A stretch of 64,000 nucleotides of DNA from Candidatus Wolframiiraptor sinensis (GCA_023261815.1 JALNKA010000001.1:128001-192000); one strand, 5' to 3'; counted from the stretch's first letter, positions 19,471 through 29,794 are shown. Notes: generated by a model not told the origin, from the letters alone. Program-made: numbers and translations.

Positions 19471-20349
19471 TTATTCATGTGGCGAGAGAAGAGCGGCGCC
19501 GACTGTTATCAATATTATCCCGAGTATGGTCTCGAGTCCAGGCCTCTCCCTCAGCCTGACCGCGGCGATGATCCCGGCGAAGACGGGCGTGGTGGCCGAC
19601 AGCGGGCCAACGATATTCGCTCTCGAGAGGTCTAGGCCTATCAGGTAGAGCATGTCTCCGAGGCCGACCCCGAGAATGCCGCCGATCGACGCGAAGATCA
19701 TCTCCCTTCCCCTCATGCCGAGTATCGAGGCCCTGGTGTTGCTCGAGAGCATGCTGTAAAGGCCGAGGAATGGGAGGAGGACCAGCATCCTGAAGAAGGC
19801 CAGGAAGATCGGGTCCACCATCGGTATTACGCGCTTGAAAAGAGCGATTCCAATTGCCCAGAAGAGGGAGGTTAGGAGTGAGGCGGCGAGGCCTATTCTC
19901 TCATCTCCGCTAGCGCCCCCAGGCTCTAGAGATCTCGAGATCAGCCATATCGCCGCGACGATCATCAGGGTTCCGAGGATGACTTCGAGGCTGAATGGCT
20001 CTCCAAGAAACCATGCGCTCATCGGTAGGAGGAAGATTGGATAGGAGTAGGCTATGGGCACAGCTCGCGAGACCCCTATATTCCTCAATCCGAGGAAGTA
20101 AAGCGTGTCGCCGATAAGCCATGAAATTATCGAGGCCACGATGATCTGGCCCGCGATCACGGTGTCGAGCATTAAGAGCGAGTTCGGGCTTCCAAGGAGA
20201 AGCACCATCAGAAATAGGAATATCGTGGCCGGGATGCTGCGGATGAAGTTTAGGCCTATGGGATTCACACTCTTCATGCTGCTCTTGTAGAAGCCGGCTC
20301 CAGCCGCCCAGCAGAAGGCTGCTAAAAGCGCGAGCGCCTCTCCGAGCAT
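19471..20349 (-). CDS. EamA/DMT family transporter
   Basis: Two EamA repeats, ~10 TM segments; start uncertain (20349 or 20364). Confidence 0.9.
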   Translation of the reverse strand: MLGEALALLAAFCWAAGAGFYKSSMKSVNPIGLNFIRSIPATIFLFLMVLLLGSPNSLLMLDTVIAGQIIVASIISWLIGDTLYFLGLRNIGVSRAVPIAYSYPIFLLPMSAWFLGEPFSLEVILGTLMIVAAIWLISRSLEPGGASGDERIGLAASLLTSLFWAIGIALFKRVIPMVDPIFLAFFRMLVLLPFLGLYSMLSSNTRASILGMRGREMIFASIGGILGVGLGDMLYLIGLDLSRANIVGPLSATTPVFAGIIAAVRLRERPGLETILGIILITVGAALLSPHE

Positions 20350-20468
20350 CCTCGAAAATTTCATGAAGCCATAATATTGACTGGCCAGCCTGCACGCGCG
20401 TAGATTCACTTAAGAGCTCGAAAGACGTCATGTGGCCCGTGGTGCGGGTCGGCGCGGGGTGAATTCGC

Positions 20469-21170
20469 GTGGAGGTTTATGTTGGGACCTCGGGCTGGAT
20501 GTATGACTGGAACTCCGGCGGGACGCTGGACTGGTATCTCGAGAACTCGGGGCTCAACGCGGTGGAGCTCAACGCATCCTTTTACAGGTTTCCATTCCCA
20601 TCCCAGGTTTTGGGATGGGCTAGGAGGAGGGCCGGAGTCAGGTGGGCGGTCAAGGTCCACAGATCCATAACGCATCTGAGGAAGCTCTCGGATAATGCTC
20701 TCGAGACGTGGAGAAAGTTTCACAGGATTTTCCAGCCGCTGGATGATCGCGTGGACTTCTACCTCTTCCAGATGCCGCCCAACTTCTCGGCTTCGGAGGC
20801 GAGCATCGCTAGGGTGAGGAGGTTTATCGCGGAGTCCGGGCTTGGAGGAAGATTCGCGATAGAGTTCAGGCATGAGAGCTGGTTCAGCCGCGAGCTCGCG
20901 GAGATGATATCCGGCATGGGAGCCACTTACGTCTCCGTGGACTCGCCCATGGGATCCTTCATACACTCGAGCGGCAGCGTGATCTACCTGAGGATGCATG
21001 GGAGGTCGAGCTGGTATGCTCACGATTACTCGGTCGAGGAGCTCTCCGAGATCGCGGAGACGATACTCTCGCTCAAGCCCAGCAAGGTTTACATATTCTT
21101 CAACAACGATCACTGGATGCTCGAGAACGCGAGGCTAATGCTGGGGCTCCTGAGGCATGGCCTCGGCTAA
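20469..21170 (+). CDS. DUF72 family protein
   Basis: GTSGW, VELNASFY, FQMPP, EFRH, YLRMHG, FFNN. Confidence 0.93.
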   Translation: MEVYVGTSGWMYDWNSGGTLDWYLENSGLNAVELNASFYRFPFPSQVLGWARRRAGVRWAVKVHRSITHLRKLSDNALETWRKFHRIFQPLDDRVDFYLFQMPPNFSASEASIARVRRFIAESGLGGRFAIEFRHESWFSRELAEMISGMGATYVSVDSPMGSFIHSSGSVIYLRMHGRSSWYAHDYSVEELSEIAETILSLKPSKVYIFFNNDHWMLENARLMLGLLRHGLG

Positions 21171-21203
21171 ACGAATATTACCCCCATCCGCCGATTACTC
21201 AGC

Positions 21204-21488
21204 GTGGTCAAGGTAGTTAAGAGGGATGGGAGCGAGGAGGAGTTCGTCCCGGAGAAGATAGTCGTGAGCTGCCTAAAGTCCGGAGCAACCCCCGAGGCCG
21301 CGAGAAAAATCGCTAAGATAATCGAGGGCAGGATTCTCGAGAGGGGACTGGAAAAGGTAAACGCTTTCGATCTGACCAAGTGGATACTGGAGCTCCTCAG
21401 GAAGGAGAATGAGGAGTGGTATAGGAACTGGATAATATTCGATAAGGCGGTTAAGAGGCGGGACACCGAGAAGGAGCTGAAGAAGTAG
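21204..21488 (+). CDS. Stand-alone ATP-cone domain protein
   Basis: VVKRDGSEEEFVPEKI motif. Confidence 0.88.
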   Translation: MVKVVKRDGSEEEFVPEKIVVSCLKSGATPEAARKIAKIIEGRILERGLEKVNAFDLTKWILELLRKENEEWYRNWIIFDKAVKRRDTEKELKK

Positions 21489-21578
21489 AGCATCGCTAAG
21501 AATACTCCAAGGGCCGGAGCCCCAGCCGCGCGATTAGTTACACTTATATCTCGGGCTCCATAACAATATTATACGAAT

Positions 21579-22073
21579 ATGGGAAGGAAGGCTCGAGAAA
21601 TAGTTGAGAAGGCTGGAGTAAAGGTCGATGAGCTCATCGAGATGCTGAAAAAGGCTTATGCCGATGAGTGGATAGCCTTCTACTATTACAATCTCTTGGC
21701 TAAGCTGGCCAAGGGCATCGGCTCCACGGAGATCGCGGATCAGATAAAGAAGATAGCGGATGAGGAGCTCGAGCACCAGTCGGAGCTTGCCGATAGGATC
21801 ATCCAGCTCGGCGGAGAGCCTCCGAGAAGATTCGAGGATTTAGTTAAGATCGCGAACTGCCCATACGTCGAGGTTCCGAAGAACACTGGCGACTTAAAAG
21901 CAGTGGTCAGGGCGATAATCGAGGCGGAGGGATGCGCGATCGAGGCCTACGATAAGATACTGAAATGGCTGAAGGATGTTGGCCCCGACCCTGTAACCTT
22001 CCACGTCATCAGGCACATACTGCAGGAAGAGGTCGAGCACGAGGACTTATTCGAGACAATCCTGGGAGAGTAG
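21579..22073 (+). CDS. Ferritin-like DPS-like (DpsL/thioferritin) protein
   Basis: ADEW, EELEH, AEGCAI and EEVEHE di-iron ligands; Cys pair NCP/GCA. Confidence 0.85.
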   Translation: MGRKAREIVEKAGVKVDELIEMLKKAYADEWIAFYYYNLLAKLAKGIGSTEIADQIKKIADEELEHQSELADRIIQLGGEPPRRFEDLVKIANCPYVEVPKNTGDLKAVVRAIIEAEGCAIEAYDKILKWLKDVGPDPVTFHVIRHILQEEVEHEDLFETILGE

Positions 22074-22109
22074 GCGCATTCTCCAAAACCCCAATTCTTT
22101 TTCATATTC

Positions 22110-23372
22110 CTATCCTCTCAGTATCTTTAGCCTCGAGAGCTCATCGGCGAGTATCGGTAGAAATGCTCCCACATCTGATATGACGCCGATTGATTGGGCC
22201 GTCCCCCTATCCACGAGCTTGAGGACGACCGAGGGGTTGATGTCCACGCACACGACCTTGGCGGTTGATGGGAGCATGTTCCCGACGGCGATTGAGTGGA
22301 GCATCGAGGCCAGCATGAGCACCATGCTAGCGTCCTTCAAGTGCCTCCTATACTCCCTCTGCGACTCGACCACGTCTGTTATCACGTCTGGTATCGGGCC
22401 ATCATCGCGAATCGAACCAGCGAGCACATAAGGAATGCCATGGACGATGCACTCATAGAATATCCCCTTCTTTAAGACGCCCTTCTCTACGGCGCCCCTA
22501 AGACCGCCGCATTTCATGATCTCGTTTATGGCGGCCAGGTGATTCCTGCTCCCGCCGGGCATCCTCACGCCCTCATCGACCTTGAATCCCAGAGATGTTC
22601 CGAAGAGAGCGTACTCCACGTCATGGACCGCGAGCGCGTTACCGGAGAGCAACGCATCAACGAAGCCCATTCTTATTATCCTCGCGAGGTGCTCCGCGGC
22701 TCCTGTGTGGACGATGGCCGGCCCAGCGACCACGACTATCTTCCCGCCCAACTCCTTAACCCTAACCATCTCAAGAGCTATCTTCTTGACTATCGTGGGC
22801 GTCGGCTTCTCGGAAGAAGCCCTGCTACTCATGAACTCGAAGATGCCCGCGCCGGCCCTAGGGTACTCGGGGGGCTTGACGCGAACCCCCTCCTCTCCGA
22901 CCACTATCAAATCTCCCTTCTTGACCTCCCTGATCGACTTGCAGTAAGCCCTCTCTTCCAGCGGATCCACGACTATCACCTTATCCATGCAGATGTTCTC
23001 GACCTCGATCCACCTGCCCTTATAGCGTATCCAAGTCGGGTGATTTGTCGTCGCGTAGAACCCGTCTGGGAGGACCATGTCGCGGGGCGCGGGCTCCAGC
23101 TTGACGTCAGAGATCTTTTCCGTCACCGCTCCGAGGGATCTCAGCTCTCTAAGGATTAGCTCGAGGTGCGCCGCGCTCTTCCCGATAATCAGCATCCTCG
23201 CGTAGCTAGGTTCATCCTTCCTTTTTCCAATCCTGAAGTCGAGGACCTCGAATTCCCCGCCGAGATCCATGATCCTGTCAAAGATCTTCGGGAGTATGTG
23301 GGAGTCTATTAGATGACCTTCAAGCTCTATGATCTCCGAATACTTTTCTTCCGAGTCGTGGAAGGTGGTCAC
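22110..23372 (-). CDS. TIGR00300/LOR-SDH family protein (ArgZ/AgrE C-terminal-type ornithine cyclodeaminase-like)
   Basis: GHLIDS, FYATTNHPT, FEFMSS, GNALAVHD, AGSIRDDGP, MLHSIAVGN. Confidence 0.85.
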   Translation of the reverse strand: MTTFHDSEEKYSEIIELEGHLIDSHILPKIFDRIMDLGGEFEVLDFRIGKRKDEPSYARMLIIGKSAAHLELILRELRSLGAVTEKISDVKLEPAPRDMVLPDGFYATTNHPTWIRYKGRWIEVENICMDKVIVVDPLEERAYCKSIREVKKGDLIVVGEEGVRVKPPEYPRAGAGIFEFMSSRASSEKPTPTIVKKIALEMVRVKELGGKIVVVAGPAIVHTGAAEHLARIIRMGFVDALLSGNALAVHDVEYALFGTSLGFKVDEGVRMPGGSRNHLAAINEIMKCGGLRGAVEKGVLKKGIFYECIVHGIPYVLAGSIRDDGPIPDVITDVVESQREYRRHLKDASMVLMLASMLHSIAVGNMLPSTAKVVCVDINPSVVLKLVDRGTAQSIGVISDVGAFLPILADELSRLKILRG

Positions 23373-23450
23373 CTCTCACGCGCACCAGCCTCCCTCGCGG
23401 GACGATAAACAATTTCACACGATATTTTAATCCTTCTCTCGTCATCGCCT

Positions 23451-24116
23451 TTAACGCCTGATGCGCCCCTCCTCCAGCACTATCACCTCATCCGGCTCCA
23501 ACTCATCCGGCAGCTCTCCGCCCCCATGAGATGCTATCACGATTCCAGCGCCGTTTCTCCTCCTCTCTTGAAGGGCTGCGGCCACAAGCCTGGATCTCTC
23601 ACTATCTAGGTGGGCGAACGGCTCATCGAGGAGTATTAGCTCGGGCTCAACCGCTAGGGCGCGGGCGATCGCGACTAGCTGTGACTGGCCCGTCGAAAGC
23701 TCCTTAGCATTCTTATCCGCCAGCTCCATGAGCTCGAGCTCCTTCATGATTATCTCCGCTCTCTCGGCAACATTTCTCGAGTCGAGCCCTCTGATCCTGA
23801 GAGGATAAGCGATGTTCTCGAGAACGCTTCCGCGGATCAAGATGGGCTTCTCATGAACGTACGTGATCTTCCTCCTAGCCGCGATCTTCTCGGCCTCACT
23901 CATTTCCCAGAAGCTTTGACCATCCACGATGACATCGCCGCGCAGGGGTCTATAAAGCAGGGCCGCTATCTTAAGGAGCGTAGTCTTGCCGCTGCCATTA
24001 TGGCCCGAGACGAGAATAACTCTTCCCGATGTGAGCTCAGCCGAGATGTTTTCCAGCGCCCACGCCGCCATGCCGGGGTACTTGTGCCAAATGCCCCTCA
24101 GCTCGATGACCATCAC
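23451..24116 (-). CDS. tupC: Tungstate ABC transporter ATPase
   Basis: GHNGSGKTT, LSTGQ, LLDEP; operon context. Confidence 0.85.
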   Translation of the reverse strand: MMVIELRGIWHKYPGMAAWALENISAELTSGRVILVSGHNGSGKTTLLKIAALLYRPLRGDVIVDGQSFWEMSEAEKIAARRKITYVHEKPILIRGSVLENIAYPLRIRGLDSRNVAERAEIIMKELELMELADKNAKELSTGQSQLVAIARALAVEPELILLDEPFAHLDSERSRLVAAALQERRRNGAGIVIASHGGGELPDELEPDEVIVLEEGRIRR

Positions 24117-24760
24117 TGCGCTCTCACCCCCATCAAGATCTTAACGGATATCGCGGTCATGATCATGAGCACTAGGAGTATGATGCCGAGTATTATGGCG
24201 CTTTCGAATTCGCCTCGAGCCACGTCGAGCGCTATCGCCGTCGTCATAACCCTCGTGAAGCCCCTGATGTTCCCGCCCACCATCATGGCGATGCCGAGCT
24301 CTCCAACAGCCCTCGAGAACCCCATTATCGTCGAGGCCGCGACTCCGGGCGCCGACTCCCGGAGAACGAGCATCATGGCTTGAGACCTGCCCGCTCCAAG
24401 GCTTAGCGCGAGCTCGAGATAAGATGTTGCGATGCCCCTAAGAGCCCTATAACACGTCGAGATTATAAGGGGTGTTATGAGAATTGCTTGGCCGATTATG
24501 ATCGCCTGGGGCGTATAGAGGAGCTTGAGGAAGCCGAGGGGACCCGAGCTACTGAGAAGAAGGAAGAGCAGCAGGCCGAGGAGAACAGTCGGCATCCCTA
24601 CCAGCGACTCGATGAGCGCCTCGAGAACAACAACTCTCCTCCTAAGTGAGAGGAGGTATGCGGCTGGAATGCTCCAAGAGGCGGATAAAAGAGTCGCGAA
24701 GCCGGAAACGTAAATCGACCTAAGGGACACATCTAGGATCTCGGAGAATACTTGGCTCAT
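24113..24760 (-). CDS. tupB: Tungstate ABC transporter permease
   Basis: GPLG, LLYTP, GELGIAMMVGGNIRGFTRVMTTAI; ATGA overlap. Confidence 0.93.
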   Translation of the reverse strand: MSQVFSEILDVSLRSIYVSGFATLLSASWSIPAAYLLSLRRRVVVLEALIESLVGMPTVLLGLLLFLLLSSSGPLGFLKLLYTPQAIIIGQAILITPLIISTCYRALRGIATSYLELALSLGAGRSQAMMLVLRESAPGVAASTIMGFSRAVGELGIAMMVGGNIRGFTRVMTTAIALDVARGEFESAIILGIILLVLMIMTAISVKILMGVRAQ

Positions 24761-25686
24761 GGGAAGCCCACCTCCATGCCAGATGCAAACTCGCTCCACA
24801 AATCCCCGAGTTTCTCAATATTCTCATCGGCCGGGCGGAATAGCGGCTGCCCATACTCTCTCTCGCCGAACACTCTTATCTGATCCTGATTCTCTTGAAG
24901 AAACTTTAGGAAGAGCAGGGCATACCTCTTCTCGTCTCCGGAGCAGGCTTTAGCAACATAGGCCGAGTATATGTTGATCATATCCGGATCATCCGGGCTC
25001 GCGTAGAGGATGACGAGGCTTGGGAGCTTCCCCTCGCTTTTCAGCCTAAGATATGAGCCGATATCTGCCAGAGAGTAGGCTGAGAGCTCATTCGCGATTA
25101 TCAGGGTCTGCTCCATCCCTGCAGCGGCCTCCCTGTACCATCCTCCGCCGGCGGGATTTAGTCCAGCCCTACCCCAAATCCCCAGCTCCCTGAGATGCGT
25201 TCCCGATAAATCGCCTCTACTGATGAAGATTATTTTGCCCGATTCGCCGGCCGAGTAGATCCTCCTGAAGGCCTCGATGACGCTTCTCGATCCCCTGACC
25301 TCCGCCGGATCCCCTTCGGGCCCCACTATGATAAAGTAATTATATGCGAATATCACGCCCGCCTCGAGCACGCCCCTCTCCACGTACTGCTTTTCGAGAC
25401 TCGGCGCATGGGCGAGCACGGCGCAGGCATCGCCGCGCTCAGCGTATTTAAGTGCGGCACCAGTTCCAGCCGCTATGAACTCGATCCTAACCCCGGGATA
25501 CTTTTCCTCGAATTTTCTTTTGAGCTCGTCGAGGAGCCCAGTGGCGTATAGCGATGTGGTGGTCGCTATCCTGATCCTCACCTCGCTGGATAGGAGCACG
25601 TGAGCGGATCCCGCCACGATCGCCGCAGCCAAGATCATGGCAAGCGCGATGAGCCTCCGGGAGATCATGCAAGTTTGCCGCGACAC
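24757..25686 (-). CDS. tupA: Tungstate-binding protein TupA
   Basis: ATTTS signature, GTGAAL, HAP, FISRGDLSGTH; start may be ATG 25668. Confidence 0.93.
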   Translation of the reverse strand: MSRQTCMISRRLIALAMILAAAIVAGSAHVLLSSEVRIRIATTTSLYATGLLDELKRKFEEKYPGVRIEFIAAGTGAALKYAERGDACAVLAHAPSLEKQYVERGVLEAGVIFAYNYFIIVGPEGDPAEVRGSRSVIEAFRRIYSAGESGKIIFISRGDLSGTHLRELGIWGRAGLNPAGGGWYREAAAGMEQTLIIANELSAYSLADIGSYLRLKSEGKLPSLVILYASPDDPDMINIYSAYVAKACSGDEKRYALLFLKFLQENQDQIRVFGEREYGQPLFRPADENIEKLGDLWSEFASGMEVGFP

Positions 25687-25718
25687 CTCGCCACCGAAGG
25701 CTTATTGAGCATTTTGAC

Positions 25719-25740
25719 CGTTATCCGAAAACCAATAACG
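25719..25740. promoter_or_regulatory. Candidate ModE-type operator CGTTAT-N10-ATAACG
   Basis: Perfect 6-bp inverted repeat between the divergent tupA and ModE-like genes, next to a CTTATA box. Confidence 0.6.
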
Positions 25741-25762
25741 CTTATAGCGCCCATCGCGCCCG

Positions 25763-26803
25763 ATGTGGTTGATGGCGAGGATCACGATTAGATTCGAGTG
25801 CATGGTTGAGCTTGGTGGAAGGCCTGTTCTCGACCGGCTCTCCGCGCAGGTTCTCAGGGCCATAGATGAGCGGCTCTCGATAATCGCGGCATCCAGGGCT
25901 CTCGGAATACCATACACGAGCATATGGGAGATAATCTCGAGGATCGAGAGGCTTGCCGGCGGCCGTATAGTTATCGCTAGAAGAGGTGGGCTGGGCGGTG
26001 GAGGCGCCAGATTAACCGCCCTCGGGAGAAGGCTTCTCAACGCATATGAGGAGGGGGTTAGGATGCTCGCGACCGCCGGACTCCACGCGCCGCTGCACCC
26101 TTCATCGAGCCCGCAGCTTCTCATGGCCCATAGCAGCGACCCGCTTCTTGACATGATTCTAGAGAGGCTTTCGCATGAGGGCTGCTCGGCGAGATGCTTC
26201 TGCGTGGGCTCCGGCTTATCGCTCGCCATGCTCTCCCTCGAGGAGGCCGATGTCGCGGGAATACACCTCTACGACCCCCAAACTGGGTCATATAATGAGC
26301 CGTATCTCGAGAGATTCTGGCTCCGGGATAAGGTTGCGAGGCTCGGCGGATATGAGAGGCAGCTCGTCATGGCGTATGGCGAGCGGGTGAGAGCGAGAAG
26401 CCTAGACGAGATCTTGAAGGCCCTTCTCTCGGGGGAGCTGAGACTCGCGAACCGGAATCGGGGCTCCGGGACGAGGATCCTTATCGACCACCTCCTCGAG
26501 CAGGCTGGAAAAAATGTCGGCGCTGACCCGAGGCGCGTTAGGGGATATGAGAAGGAGCATTACACGCATGAGGAGGTTGCGAGGAGTATTGCGTCCGGAG
26601 ACGCTGACGCCGGGTTGCTGCTGAGATGCGTGGCGGACGAGCATGATCTCCCATGGATGCACGTCGCGTGGGAGCGCTACGAGTACTATGCCCTGAGGTC
26701 CCGAGCTGGAGGAGAGGGGGTTCAGAGGCTGAAGCAGATCCTTGAGTCGAGCTGGCTCGACGACGCGCTTTCATCAAAACCCGGATACAGAAAAATTGAT
26801 TGA
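25763..26803 (+). CDS. ModE-family wHTH regulator fused to a PBP (oxyanion-binding) domain
   Basis: SIIAASRALGIPY..W, GGGGARLT, GSGLSL, NRNRGSGTR; start may be 25772. Confidence 0.9.
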   Translation: MWLMARITIRFECMVELGGRPVLDRLSAQVLRAIDERLSIIAASRALGIPYTSIWEIISRIERLAGGRIVIARRGGLGGGGARLTALGRRLLNAYEEGVRMLATAGLHAPLHPSSSPQLLMAHSSDPLLDMILERLSHEGCSARCFCVGSGLSLAMLSLEEADVAGIHLYDPQTGSYNEPYLERFWLRDKVARLGGYERQLVMAYGERVRARSLDEILKALLSGELRLANRNRGSGTRILIDHLLEQAGKNVGADPRRVRGYEKEHYTHEEVARSIASGDADAGLLLRCVADEHDLPWMHVAWERYEYYALRSRAGGEGVQRLKQILESSWLDDALSSKPGYRKID

Positions 26804-26817
26804 AGGTGGAGAGGGCC

Positions 26818-27861
26818 CTAGTAGAGTCTCGGCTTAGGTATTCTCAGGAATCTCCTGATTCCAGCGAGCACCTCGCTCTTCCCGCCGATGAGTGCTATCA
26901 GGTCGTATGCGGCTTTAGCGATGATCTTGCCGGAAATGCTTATGCTCGGCGCCAGCTGGAGCTCTATCTCGCCGAACCTTATGTCGGGGAAAGCCTCAGG
27001 CCCTGAGTTATATGATTGAATTGCGGCTCTAGGCAGGTTTGGATCCCGCTTCGGCACATCAAGGCAATCATCCTGGCTTGAGGGGATATCGCGGCTTCTG
27101 AGAATGAGCGCTGACCACTCCCTTTTCCCGATCCTCGCAACGTAGGCTATGGCGCCCAGCTCGGGATCCCTGAGATCCTCCGGCTTAACCCCGAGCTTCG
27201 AGACATACTGCCCATCTATCTTGAATGAGATGTGATCGCTCGAAACCCTCAGCCTATCTCTGGGGATCTCGACGAAGTAGTGTATCGGCTCAGCCCTCCT
27301 CTTCACGGGAACTAGAGCTGTTCCTGTGCCCACCCCGCTCACCGGAACCTGGGCCAAAACCCATGGATTCACCCTAACAGGATACTCGCCGACCAAGGCA
27401 TCAATGATTCTAAGCCTCATGAATCCCTTCCTCGACTCGAGGAGCCTGATCTCTCGGCGGACCTGAGCCTCAAGCCGCGCTCCGAGAAGATTATCATCGG
27501 CGCGAATCCGCCCCTCTAGCACAGCCCTCCCAGAATCCACCTCGATAATCCTGTGCTCTCCGGGATCTATTCCCTCGGGGCAGAACCATTCCTCAAAGGT
27601 CTCAGGCTTCTTGTAGAAGAAGTTCCTCTCAGGGGAGATCCAGAGTCTGAGCCCGCCAGTGTTCCACTCATTCCTCGATAGCACGCTCTCCAACTTGGGA
27701 TTAACCCATAGTAGATTGGGCGATGAATCGAGGAAGATGCCCAGCACCCTAGCTCCCCTCTCGCATACGACGATCCTACAATTCTTATCATGGAGAACAG
27801 CGCTCTTGGAGAACCGATCGATTACCCCGACGAGCTCCTCCAAGCTAATCGACTCGCTCAT
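26818..27861 (-). CDS. Hypothetical protein (DUF6786/DUF4380-like)
   Basis: 347-aa ORF with GARVLG, LLWVNP and GGLRLWISPE; family assignment is tentative. Confidence 0.6.
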   Translation of the reverse strand: MSESISLEELVGVIDRFSKSAVLHDKNCRIVVCERGARVLGIFLDSSPNLLWVNPKLESVLSRNEWNTGGLRLWISPERNFFYKKPETFEEWFCPEGIDPGEHRIIEVDSGRAVLEGRIRADDNLLGARLEAQVRREIRLLESRKGFMRLRIIDALVGEYPVRVNPWVLAQVPVSGVGTGTALVPVKRRAEPIHYFVEIPRDRLRVSSDHISFKIDGQYVSKLGVKPEDLRDPELGAIAYVARIGKREWSALILRSRDIPSSQDDCLDVPKRDPNLPRAAIQSYNSGPEAFPDIRFGEIELQLAPSISISGKIIAKAAYDLIALIGGKSEVLAGIRRFLRIPKPRLY

Positions 27862-28011
27862 ACCTACACTGGCTGGAGCTATAGCTCATAAATTAATTTT
27901 AATTTCATCATGAGCGTCATCCACAGCGCTAATTGATGCTGCCTAATACCCCGAAATCCATTAAACGCATAAGTTTTTAAACAATCACCTCAAAGGTCTT
28001 GATGAGAGGGC

Positions 28012-28449
28012 GTGAGCATCTTCCAGAAATTTGCGAAAAAGTATTTCGATGAATCTTTGAGGGATCTCGAGAGAGCTAAAAGAGCGTTCATGATCGAAGA
28101 CTACCCTCAAGCAGTCTTCTACGCTCAGCAATCGCTGGAGAAGGGCGTCAAGGCGATGCTGGAGGTGAGGAGGCGCATCGTATACAATCATGGCCCCGAG
28201 CTGATAGGGGTATTCGCTGAGGTATTCGAGAGCGAGTGGCGACGGGAATTCGATCACATTATGGAGGCTCTCGAGTATCTCATGGAGTATTATACTAGGG
28301 CTAGATATCCATTCTTGATGAGGGGTGAGGTGCTGGGGCCGGATGATATCGTGACGAGGAGTGTGGCCGAGAGGGGAATCGCGCTGGCGGAGAGGGCGCT
28401 GGAGGTGGTGCGAGATTATCTCGCGAGAAGAGGCATTATCGGCGGTTGA
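28012..28449 (+). CDS. HEPN domain protein
   Basis: AQQSLEKGVKA, RIVYNH (Rx4H), YTRARYP. Confidence 0.92.
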   Translation: MSIFQKFAKKYFDESLRDLERAKRAFMIEDYPQAVFYAQQSLEKGVKAMLEVRRRIVYNHGPELIGVFAEVFESEWRREFDHIMEALEYLMEYYTRARYPFLMRGEVLGPDDIVTRSVAERGIALAERALEVVRDYLARRGIIGG

Positions 28450-28915
28450 GAGGGTGCTGGAGGCGAGAGGCAAGCGCTTAAAATCTCTCGTGATATTTGG
28501 AAGTAGCATCTACAGTCCATTGAAAGCGAGAGACGTGGATTTGCTCGTGGTCACCGATAGAATAGCTGATGCCGACGAGAAATGTGCTCTCGAGTTTGAG
28601 ATTGCTAGAGCGCTGAGAGCGGTACATCCTAAAATGCCGATTGACATAATAGTATTTGATGAGTGCTCCTTCAGGGAAAATTTGGAGCCAGGCACCTTGC
28701 TATCAGGCCTAATAGCCGGCTATGAGATCATTTATGACGAGCTGGGATTGAATGACTTAATCGTCGAGCTCGCGAAGAGCATTGCCAGCAGCGAGTACAT
28801 AGTGCAGAAGAGCGGGAAAAGAATAAACTTATCAGCTCTTGCTAGAGCGAGACTCAGAGCGTTGGGCGCGGGATTCGCAGAAAAGCGCGAGCAGGATGAG
28901 ATTCATCAAGACTGA
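28415..28915 (+). CDS. Minimal nucleotidyltransferase (MNT)
   Basis: FGS...DVD. Likely ATT start at 28415 behind GGAGGTG; the ORF-track start 28361 adds an implausible Trp/Arg-rich leader. Confidence 0.8.
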   Translation: MISREEALSAVERVLEARGKRLKSLVIFGSSIYSPLKARDVDLLVVTDRIADADEKCALEFEIARALRAVHPKMPIDIIVFDECSFRENLEPGTLLSGLIAGYEIIYDELGLNDLIVELAKSIASSEYIVQKSGKRINLSALARARLRALGAGFAEKREQDEIHQD

Positions 28916-28920
28916 TTTCG

Positions 28921-29679
28921 CTAAATCTGGTCGGGGGGAACCTTGTCCGGCGCGTGAGCGACCCTATACTTCAGGCCGTACTTCTTTAGTCTCTCGACGA
29001 CATGCGGGTAGAGTATGAGCTCCTCTATCTCCGCCTCCTCCGCCAGCTTCTCATCTATCTCGGCGAGCCTGATCATAAGCTCCTTTAAGCTCTCCTCTGT
29101 CGAGAATGATGTCATTATTGATGGGTGGCAGCTCACTCCAGCCTTAAGCAGGTTTTTCAGAGAATTCAGCTGAAGATCGAATCCTCTCGGATCCGCTCCC
29201 GTGAGCATGTGGAACTCGTTCTCATTGCATCCCTTTAGGGATACCCTGACATGGAGAAAGTCATAGCCGGATAACCGGGACGCATAGCCCTCGTCATGGC
29301 CTATCAGGATGCCGTTGGTTTCGAGTATGAATAACAACCCTTTTCCGGAAAGCTGGTCTAGAACTCTCAGCAGGTGCTCCCTGCCTATCGTCGGCTCGCC
29401 GCCGCTGATCCTGGCCTGGCTGACACCCCTGCTCCTAGAGAGGCTGAGAAGCCTAGTAGCAACATCCTCGGGCTCATGGAATGCTCCAACCTTGAGCGGC
29501 CTCAATCTAACATTATCTGATACCCAGCAGAATTTGCAGAAGAGTCCGCATCCGACGCAGTCCGCGGTCACTATGCCGCCATACCATCTATCGACGCGAA
29601 ACCTGTAGTATTTTCTCTCATAGCCCCTCGCGACGTGCTTCTCGAGCATTAGATGGGTTTTCACGGGATCATAGCCCAC
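28921..29679 (-). CDS. Radical SAM protein (archaeal, uncharacterised)
   Basis: CGLFCKFC, ISGGEP, LETNG. Confidence 0.92.
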   Translation of the reverse strand: MGYDPVKTHLMLEKHVARGYERKYYRFRVDRWYGGIVTADCVGCGLFCKFCWVSDNVRLRPLKVGAFHEPEDVATRLLSLSRSRGVSQARISGGEPTIGREHLLRVLDQLSGKGLLFILETNGILIGHDEGYASRLSGYDFLHVRVSLKGCNENEFHMLTGADPRGFDLQLNSLKNLLKAGVSCHPSIMTSFSTEESLKELMIRLAEIDEKLAEEAEIEELILYPHVVERLKKYGLKYRVAHAPDKVPPDQI

Positions 29680-29794
29680 GGGGAAACTTGATAAGCATGC
29701 ATGCTATTTATCTTTCTCCAACGCGGGATCAATAATGAGCAGCGCATGAAACTCTCAAAAGCTCCCTAACGAGCTCATCATTAATGGAGCGGCG

